From NCBI GenBank assembly GCA_964452875.1, contig CAYVNG010000004.1, forward strand, positions 1 through 35,876: DNA of 35,876 bases. Reading direction: 5' to 3'. Numbering within the stretch: the first letter of the stretch is position 1; every line of letters begins with the position of its first letter. The notes below the pieces were generated by a model. The model made no database searches and had not been told where the DNA came from. It saw only the letters and a list, made by a program, of their open reading frames with translations. Positions 30,101 through 35,876 of the stretch are shown piece by piece. Source of the DNA: an uncultured Candidatus Saccharibacteria bacterium. GTDB lineage: Bacteria > Patescibacteriota > Minisyncoccia > Minisyncoccales > CAYVNG01. The translations under genes and the position numbers were made by a program.

Positions 30101-30382
30101 CGTTCTCACTCTGAGAGGGGCTTCGTAAGAGTCGTCATTCTGCTTGGCTTCCATCTCCGACTTGTATTTCGGCTCCTCTAATTTATAACCCAAAAACCAG
30201 AGTTCAAGCTCTTTTTTGGTGTAGTCCCTGATCGGGGATATTTCGGCCAAAAGCTCAGGCAGTTCCCTTTGCCAGAATTTGTCCCAGGCCTCTGTCTGGA
30301 TTTTAAGCAGAAAAGGAGGAGGGAGCTGTATCCTTGATTTTCCAAAATTGCTTATCCTGACTGAAGATTCTTTTGGGGGCAT
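27131..30382 (-). CDS. rpoB: RNA polymerase beta subunit
   Basis: SQFMD..HKRRLSA, NRALMGSNMQRQA, GDKVAGRHGNKG, GGQRFGEMEVWALE. Confidence 0.99.
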   Translation of the reverse strand: MPPKESSVRISNFGKSRIQLPPPFLLKIQTEAWDKFWQRELPELLAEISPIRDYTKKELELWFLGYKLEEPKYKSEMEAKQNDDSYEAPLRVRTKLVNLKTKEVKEQEIFLADFPMMTKRGTFVMNGVERVTIAQLIRSPGAFFTAQTVGGKKYFGAKIIPNRGAWLEFETEASGFIGVKIDRKRKVAATTLLRALGIDSTETIKDMFSDVDNDPELKFIEQTLAKDVVATQGDAWVEIYKRLRPGEMVTPESAGELFKNMFFNFERYDLSKVGRWKTWQRLPLLAKSSGKKQKDSKGNESLNISIEDRVLKPEDVVEVIREIIRLNNTPDSDPDQIDHLGNRRVRALNELLQNRMRVGLMRMERIIKDRMSTLDVSTLTPSQLVNSKPVMAVIKEFFSSSQMSQFMDNENPLAELEHKRRLSATGPGGLTRERAGFEVRDVQPSHYGRICPIQTPEGPNIGLVGHVAAFARINPYGFIETPYFKVEKGKISSEIQYLNAYEEERYNIASGVLAVDDKNNIIPEKVEARVKGEPTVVMRDQINFVDVSPEQCISVATSLVPFLRNDDANRALMGSNMQRQAVPLVKPETPLVSTGMEGKVAFDSGQAVFSLEDGIVEEVDASHVKVKSKDGERAKVNSYDLTNFVRTNQYTCLHQRPVVEKGQKVRKGEVLADGGAIEKGRLALGTNLFVAFIPWRGENYEDGVIISERLVKDDIFTSIHLEDFSCDVRETKLGPESTTADIPNVGEDKLKDLDEEGIVRIGAEVGPNDILVGKISPKGEAELTAEERLLRAIFGEKAKEVKDTSLLMSHGKRGRVVGVKVFSREDGYKLEPGVVKRIRVEVAQLRKITAGDKVAGRHGNKGVITKVLPEEEMPFMEDGTPVDIVLNPLGVSSRMNIGQILETHLGWAAKKMGYIAVTPSLSGATEKDIKAALKEANLPENGKVTLYDGKTGNRFPEKITVGYIYIMKLVHMVEDKIHMRSIGPYSLITQQPLGGKAQFGGQRFGEMEVWALEGYGAAHILQEMLTIKSDDVIGRAATYNSILTGEEIKSPNIPASFNLLVAELRSLALNFDVKEGIVKEDEN

Positions 30383-30408
30383 AATTTTATTGGTTACTGC
30401 TTGGCAAA

Positions 30409-30441
30409 CAAAAAAATACCTTAAACCGTCGCTTTAAGGTA
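30409..30441 (-). terminator. Terminator-like hairpin in the rpoB 5' leader (possible attenuator)
   Basis: Minus strand TACCTTAAA-GCGACGG-TTTAAGGTA followed by a T run, about 30 nt before the rpoB ATG. Confidence 0.65.
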
Positions 30442-30493
30442 AATGCATTATTTAATTTTTCAAAAAAAGGCCCTCAGAATTTTATAATCTACA

Positions 30494-30570
30494 ATTATAA
30501 CAGAAATAAAAAACAAACGCAAAAGTAAAATATGCACCTTCGATTTTACCCTTCCCAAGGGAAATGTCAA
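30494..30570 (-). promoter_or_regulatory. Tandem sigma70-type promoters upstream of rpoB
   Basis: P1: TTGACA (30570-30565)-16-TAAAAT (30548-30543). P2: TTGCGT (30522-30517)-17-TATAAT (30499-30494) with TGn extension. Confidence 0.7.
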
Positions 30571-30585
30571 GGTTTTTACCAGACT

Positions 30586-31305
30586 TCAGATTTTGATGAA
30601 TTCTTTGATTTTTGAAACCGGAACGGCTGCCACTTCCCCTTCCGGACCGATCTGGACCAGGCCTACCAGGCTCCCTTCTATATCAAACAAGGAAGAGCCC
30701 TGCATGTCTTCATTTTCCAGGATATTGGTCTTGACAGCATTGCCCTGCAAGCTGCTTATTATCCCCTCGTTCACAGAATAGTAAGAGCCTGTTTCGTTAT
30801 CGGACAGCATTCCGGCCAAAAAGACCCTTTCTCCGATTTGTTTTTGATTGAGATCGGCGAAACCAACTGTGCTGAGATTAGAGCTTTTCAGCCTGACCAG
30901 AGCCAGGTTCATTCCTTCGTCTCTTTTCAACACTTCGTAGGAAGCAGGCTTCCCTTCGACGGAAAAAAGGAAATCATTCCCTCTTGGTATCAGGTCATTC
31001 AAGGTGACGATCAATCCGTCAGAAGTGACTGCCAGGCCGGATCCTTCCAGCACCTCTCCTCCTTTTGTTTCCGTCCTGACGCTGATGATCGAATTTTTGA
31101 CTTTCAAAGCCGCTTCCTGCAAAGCTTCGTTCTCTTCGATATATATCACGCTTTCTTCCGTGAGGTTTATGGGTTGCTGGTCAAGATCGTACTTGTAAAA
31201 AAGCGGGCGCTCGATAAAATAGGGCCAGAATATCTGGGTTGCGAAAATGCCGCCCACCATTCCCACGACGAAAATTATTACGATCTTGAAAACGTTTTTC
31301 AGCAT
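30586..31305 (-). CDS. Membrane-anchored trypsin-like (S1C/HtrA-like) protein, catalytic triad substituted, no PDZ domain
   Basis: GSGLAVTSDGLIVT, NLALVRL, IGERVF, EGIIS, GSSLFDIEGSLVG align with the HtrA at 34119-35435. Confidence 0.85.
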   Translation of the reverse strand: MLKNVFKIVIIFVVGMVGGIFATQIFWPYFIERPLFYKYDLDQQPINLTEESVIYIEENEALQEAALKVKNSIISVRTETKGGEVLEGSGLAVTSDGLIVTLNDLIPRGNDFLFSVEGKPASYEVLKRDEGMNLALVRLKSSNLSTVGFADLNQKQIGERVFLAGMLSDNETGSYYSVNEGIISSLQGNAVKTNILENEDMQGSSLFDIEGSLVGLVQIGPEGEVAAVPVSKIKEFIKI

Positions 31306-31312
31306 AAGAAGA

Positions 31313-34021
31313 TCACTTCACCTCAACCTCTTCTTTGAAAGGCTTCCTTCCCTTGATTCCCTGATAAGGGAGGAAAAAAACGACATCGCCGTCTTTGGCG
31401 TCTATCTGCGCCCTTTCCCCTTCTTTCAGTTCGCCTGAAACCACTTTCAGGGAAAGAGGATCCAAAATCATCCTCTGGATCACTCTTTTCAGCGGCCTTG
31501 CGCCTAGATTCGGGTCATATCCCTTTTCGGCCAAAAGGCTCTTGGCCCCTTCCGTGACGTCTATTTTTATACCACGCTTCTCAAGCCTGCTTATAACCTT
31601 GTCCAACTCAAGCTCCACGATCTTCCTTATCTCTTCTTTGGAAAGGTAGTTGAAAATCACTATCTCGTCCACCCTGTTTAAGAACTCAGGCCTGAAATAT
31701 TCCCTCAAGGCCGTCATCACTTTTTCCTTCAAAGAATCCCTTTTCTGCTCCTCCCCTTCCATGAATCCCAAAGCCCCCATTTCCGAGATATGCTCGGACC
31801 CTATATTCGAAGTCATTATTAAAATGCAGTTCTTAAAGGAGGTCACCCTCCCTTTGGCGTCAGTCAGCCTCCCGTCTTCCAATATCTGGAGCAGTATGTT
31901 GAACACTTCAGGATGGGCCTTTTCAATCTCGTCCAGCAGAATCACGGCGTAAGGCCTTCTTCTTATCTTTTCCGTCAGCTGGCCGCCTTCCTCGTACCCG
32001 ACGTATCCCGGAGGGGATCCGATCATCTTGGAAACGCTGTATTTTTCCATGTATTCCGACATGTCCACCCTCACCAGGGCGTTCTCGTCGTTGAAAAGGA
32101 ACCCTGCCAAAGCCCTGGCGGTTTCGGTCTTCCCGACCCCTGTCGGGCCCAAAAAGATGAAAGAGCCCAACGGCCTGTTCTCTTCGGAAATGCCGGCCCT
32201 CGATCTCCTTATGGCGTTCGAGATGGCGACTATGGCCTCTTTCTGCCCGATCACCCTTTTCTGGAGGCTGTCTTCCATTTTTTCCAGCTTCTTGGCTTCC
32301 TCTTCGATAAGCCTCGTCACCGGGATCCCGGTCCATTTGGAAACGACCTGGGCCACATCTTCTTCCGAAACATCCTCTTTCAGAATGTGATGCTTTTTCT
32401 GGAATTTCTCAAGCTCATTTTCCTTCTTGGTCAGTTTCTTCAGGAATTCGGGAATCACCCCGTATTTCAGCTCGGCCACTTTCTGAAGGTCGGCCTCCCT
32501 CTGAGCCACTTCCACCTGGAAGTTGCTTCCGTCGATTTCCTTTTTCAACTCCTTGATTCCCTTTATCAAATCCTTTTCCGTCTTCCATTTCAGTTCTATA
32601 TTCTTTGCCTTTTCTTTGACGTCAGCTAAAGTCCTGTTGATGGCGGCCATTCTTCTCTTGGCAGAAATGCTTTTTTCGCCTTTCAGAGCCTCTTTTTCTA
32701 TCTCCAGCCTCTGGATCTCCTTTTTGAACTCTTCAAATTCCAAAGGATCCGATTCTATCTCCAGCCTTAATGCGGAAGCTGCCTCGTCGATGAGGTCGAC
32801 GGCCTTGTCAGGCAAAAACCTGTCTGAAATGTATCTTGCGGCAAGCTCGGCAGCGGCTATCAGGGCCGCGTCCTTTATCTTCACTCCGTGGTGAAGCTCG
32901 TATTTTTCCTTTATCCCTCTCAGGATCGTGATGGTGTCTTCTATGGTCGGCTCTGCGACAAAAATGGGCTGAAACCTCCTTTCTAGAGCAGGATCTCTTT
33001 CAATGTATTTCTGGTATTCCTTCAGAGTGGTAGCTCCTATGGCCTTCAGCTCCCCCCTGGCCAAAGCCGGTTTCAAAAGATTGGAAGCGTCTATGGCTCC
33101 TTCAGCAGCCCCTGCGCCTACCAAAGTGTGGAGCTCATCGATGAATAAAAGATATTTGCCTTTGGCTTTGTCCATTTCCTTCAAAAAAGCCTTTATCCTG
33201 TCTTCGAATTCGCCCCTGTATTTGGTCCCTGCCACCATTGCCCCGAGGTCCAGGGCGATTATCTCCTTGTTTTCCAGGGATTCAGGAACGTCCCCTCTGA
33301 CGATCTTCTGGGCCAGTCCTTCGACTATGGCCGTCTTCCCGACCCCGGCCTCTCCTATCAGGACGGGATTGTTTTTAGTCCTGCGGGACAAAACCTGCAT
33401 AAGTCTCCTTATCTCGTTCTCTCTGCCTATGACCGGATCCAGCTTCCCTTGCATGGCAAACTGGGTCAGGTTCCTGGCGAATTTTTCAAGAATCTGATAC
33501 TTGGATTCAGGGTACGGGTCGGTCACTTTTTCCCCTCCCCTTATCTGCTCCAGAATCTGGGCCGCCTTCTCGTAATCAAGCTTTTCCACTTCCAAATTGG
33601 AAGATCCTCCTCCTTTGACGAAAGAGGCCGAGTTCAAAATCTGTTTGGCTCCGGTGTCCGTGGCCAAAAGCGCCAGGAAGAGGTGCTCTATGGAGATGAA
33701 TTCGTCTTCCATTTTCATCGCTTCCTGCTTGGCCCTGTCTAAGACCTTGGCCATGTCCTGGGTAAGATAAAACTGCCCGAAACTCTGAGGGGTGAGAATA
33801 TTCGGTATCTTTTGCAGGGCGTTCTTGGTCTTCCTTTTCAGGGATTCGATATCTATGCCCAGCTTTAAAAGGGAGATATATGCTATATTCCCTTCCTGCG
33901 AAAGCAATGCCAAAAGCAGATGCAGAGCGTCTATCTGCTGCTGCCCTACGCTCCTGGCTATGTCTTGGGCGCTCATGATCGCTTCCTGCGCCTTGTGAGT
34001 GAAATTTCCTCCTCCGTTCAT
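31313..34021 (-). CDS. clpB: Chaperone ClpB
   Basis: 902 aa; [17 protein letters not shown], long coiled-coil middle domain (AELKYG), [31 protein letters not shown]. Confidence 0.95.
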   Translation of the reverse strand: MNGGGNFTHKAQEAIMSAQDIARSVGQQQIDALHLLLALLSQEGNIAYISLLKLGIDIESLKRKTKNALQKIPNILTPQSFGQFYLTQDMAKVLDRAKQEAMKMEDEFISIEHLFLALLATDTGAKQILNSASFVKGGGSSNLEVEKLDYEKAAQILEQIRGGEKVTDPYPESKYQILEKFARNLTQFAMQGKLDPVIGRENEIRRLMQVLSRRTKNNPVLIGEAGVGKTAIVEGLAQKIVRGDVPESLENKEIIALDLGAMVAGTKYRGEFEDRIKAFLKEMDKAKGKYLLFIDELHTLVGAGAAEGAIDASNLLKPALARGELKAIGATTLKEYQKYIERDPALERRFQPIFVAEPTIEDTITILRGIKEKYELHHGVKIKDAALIAAAELAARYISDRFLPDKAVDLIDEAASALRLEIESDPLEFEEFKKEIQRLEIEKEALKGEKSISAKRRMAAINRTLADVKEKAKNIELKWKTEKDLIKGIKELKKEIDGSNFQVEVAQREADLQKVAELKYGVIPEFLKKLTKKENELEKFQKKHHILKEDVSEEDVAQVVSKWTGIPVTRLIEEEAKKLEKMEDSLQKRVIGQKEAIVAISNAIRRSRAGISEENRPLGSFIFLGPTGVGKTETARALAGFLFNDENALVRVDMSEYMEKYSVSKMIGSPPGYVGYEEGGQLTEKIRRRPYAVILLDEIEKAHPEVFNILLQILEDGRLTDAKGRVTSFKNCILIMTSNIGSEHISEMGALGFMEGEEQKRDSLKEKVMTALREYFRPEFLNRVDEIVIFNYLSKEEIRKIVELELDKVISRLEKRGIKIDVTEGAKSLLAEKGYDPNLGARPLKRVIQRMILDPLSLKVVSGELKEGERAQIDAKDGDVVFFLPYQGIKGRKPFKEEVEVK

Positions 34022-34075
34022 CTCTTTTTATATTACCAAAGATATTACTTTTGATCAAAAGCGGCGCGATACTTG

Positions 34076-34104
34076 AGTATAGTTCGGAAAATTTCGGCTG
34101 TCAA
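34076..34104 (-). promoter_or_regulatory. Near-consensus sigma70-type promoter for clpB
   Basis: TTGACA (34104-34099), 17 nt, TATACT (34081-34076). Confidence 0.75.
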
Positions 34105-34118
34105 AGGCCGGAAAACAT

Positions 34119-35435
34119 TCAGTCTTCCCTTTTCCCGAGGGTGATAGGCAGCGTTTCTTCTTTACCGTCCCTCATAATTTTAAGGACGACTATGTCTCCG
34201 GGATTGTAATCCATCAGAATTTCAGACAAGGGATTTTCCCGGCTGACCTGGCTGCCGTCGAACTCAAGGATTATATCGCCCCTCTTCAACCCCGCTTCTT
34301 CCGCAGCTGACCCTGAAACAACGGCTCCTTCTGTCTCTTCTCCTTTTTCATCCATGCCTATTAAGGCTCCGTATCCGACCGGCAAATCAAGATTTTCTTT
34401 TATCTCAGGGGTGATGATTATATAGTAGATGCCCAAAAACGGATAAGCTATCTCCCCTTTTTCTTCAACTTGCTTTATCCCCCTTTTGGCATCGTTAATG
34501 GGAATCGCAAACCCTATATTCTCTGCTTCTTCTGACATGGCGACGTTCACTCCTATCACTTCCCCTGCCAGATTAAGCAAAGGCCCTCCCGAATTCCCCT
34601 CGTTAATGGCAGCATCCGTTTGAATCAGGTCTTCCAATAATTCCGTTTTCCCTCCTCCTGAGGCGATAATGTCGCGCTCCAGGCCTGAAATGACGCCGGT
34701 GGAAACCGTATTCTTGAATTCCCCAAGAGCGTTCCCTATAGCAATGACCGTCTGCCCTTCCTGCAAGGAATCCGAATCTCCCAAGGGAAGCGGGGTGAAT
34801 TTCCTGCCTGTCTCGATCTTGATCACGGCCAGATCGTTCAGCGGGTCCTTTGCCAGAACTGTGGCGGGATATTTTTCCTCATCGTTGGTCAGGACGGTGT
34901 ATTCAGCGTCTTCGTCCGACACCACGTGGCGGTTGGTCAGAATCAGCCCGTCTTCTGAAATAATGAACCCAGTTCCTCCTCCGACCTCAATCTCCTCTGT
35001 CTCTCCTTCTATGTATTGAGGTATTTCGAATCCCTCCCAGAAAAAATCCTGAAAGGGGTTGAAATAGTATTCCTCGAGCACCGGAAGGTCCTTCGTCACC
35101 ACTATGCTCACGACCGAAGGGAAAGCCTGGTTGACTGCGTTTATGACCTTCTGCTCGTGGGTGGTCTGAGGGACGTACTGCTGCTCTGACGTTTTGTCCT
35201 GCGAAACCTGCTCCTGGGATACAGAGCATGTTTCGCAACTGTGGCAAGCGAGGAAATAGTCGCTCAATGCTCCTCCCAACGCGCCGAAAAAGACGGCAAA
35301 CAGGATGCATAGGGAAAAATACAAGAATCTGGTTTTTTTTATTTTAATCATATTCTTTGTTTCTCTGAAACTTTCCCTTATTCTGTTGGTCAATTCCAGG
35401 AATTCTTCTTTTGGTGAAGGCGTAAGATTATCCAT
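34119..35435 (-). CDS. htrA: HtrA/DegP-family serine protease with TM anchor and one PDZ domain
   Basis: TNRHVV (His), NDLAVIKI (Asp), [14 protein letters not shown] (Ser), [16 protein letters not shown] (PDZ). Confidence 0.95.
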   Translation of the reverse strand: MDNLTPSPKEEFLELTNRIRESFRETKNMIKIKKTRFLYFSLCILFAVFFGALGGALSDYFLACHSCETCSVSQEQVSQDKTSEQQYVPQTTHEQKVINAVNQAFPSVVSIVVTKDLPVLEEYYFNPFQDFFWEGFEIPQYIEGETEEIEVGGGTGFIISEDGLILTNRHVVSDEDAEYTVLTNDEEKYPATVLAKDPLNDLAVIKIETGRKFTPLPLGDSDSLQEGQTVIAIGNALGEFKNTVSTGVISGLERDIIASGGGKTELLEDLIQTDAAINEGNSGGPLLNLAGEVIGVNVAMSEEAENIGFAIPINDAKRGIKQVEEKGEIAYPFLGIYYIIITPEIKENLDLPVGYGALIGMDEKGEETEGAVVSGSAAEEAGLKRGDIILEFDGSQVSRENPLSEILMDYNPGDIVVLKIMRDGKEETLPITLGKRED

Positions 35436-35467
35436 AACGATAAAAAATATCCTGTTTGAATAATGAT

Positions 35468-35496
35468 ATTTTACAAAATTACATCAAAAACTGCAA
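35468..35496 (-). promoter_or_regulatory. Putative htrA promoter
   Basis: TTGCAG (35496-35491), 17 nt, TAAAAT (35473-35468). Confidence 0.5.
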
Positions 35497-35534
35497 TTTT
35501 CAGCTTTTTAAACCCAAACGAAGAATCTCTTGGA

Positions 35535-35876
35535 TTATTTGCTCTCGTTACTCAACATTAGTTTTAATAAAAAAATAGTATCTTCTTTGAGTTTAGATTT
35601 AATCCAGGGTTTTTGTTTTTCGCTTATTAGTTGTCCAATACCAGATAAAATTCCACGGTTAGGAACATTTCCAACAAAATCAATGCATTTTTTAAGATAA
35701 TTAGAAAATTTCATTCCAGTTCTGTTTTCTACAATTTCTTTATTCACCTCCCAATTTTGATTAAGAAAAAAATGGATATCGAAAATATCACGGTTGGCTA
35801 TTTTGCCACGTTCAGTCATAGCTACTAGCTTATGAGAAAACATATCTTCACGCTTCATAACCAACATGGAGATACC
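35535..35876 (-). CDS. AbiEii/AbiGii-like nucleotidyltransferase toxin, C-terminal part (start lies beyond the window)
   Basis: Frame is open to the window end; SHKLVAMTER..ANRDIFDIHFF matches the K..A...R....RD.yD motif of AbiEii proteins; visibly AT-rich. Confidence 0.78.
   Translation of the reverse strand, partial: GISMLVMKREDMFSHKLVAMTERGKIANRDIFDIHFFLNQNWEVNKEIVENRTGMKFSNYLKKCIDFVGNVPNRGILSGIGQLISEKQKPWIKSKLKEDTIFLLKLMLSNESK

Overview
Core-genome segment of a small-genome bacterium. The gene set and gene order point to Patescibacteria/CPR, Parcubacteria-like (inference). TGA is used as a stop, so the standard bacterial code applies. Housekeeping genes: groES-groEL, uvrA, a short uvrC, secG, PGI/PMI, galU, tRNA-Leu(CAG), rnj, trpS, dgkA, pmm/pgm, mscL, rpsF-ssb-rpsR, recA, ftsK, rpoBC, clpB and htrA. 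The most notable accessory content is a family of at least three type IV prepilin paralogues: a tandem pair at 16805-18585 with LamG-like and SHOCT-like domains, and a partial copy at 1-143 that the ORF track missed. In the pair, short near-identical DNA blocks bracket a divergent lectin-like core. Other unusual items are an orphan OppA-type binding protein with an inserted peptidoglycan-binding domain, an HtrA paralogue with all three catalytic residues replaced, a small Cys-rich ORF whose 3' end can pair with its own Shine-Dalgarno, structured leaders before groES, rpoB and ftsK, and a low-GC AbiEii-like gene at the right edge. All family assignments come from motif recognition by eye, not database searches.
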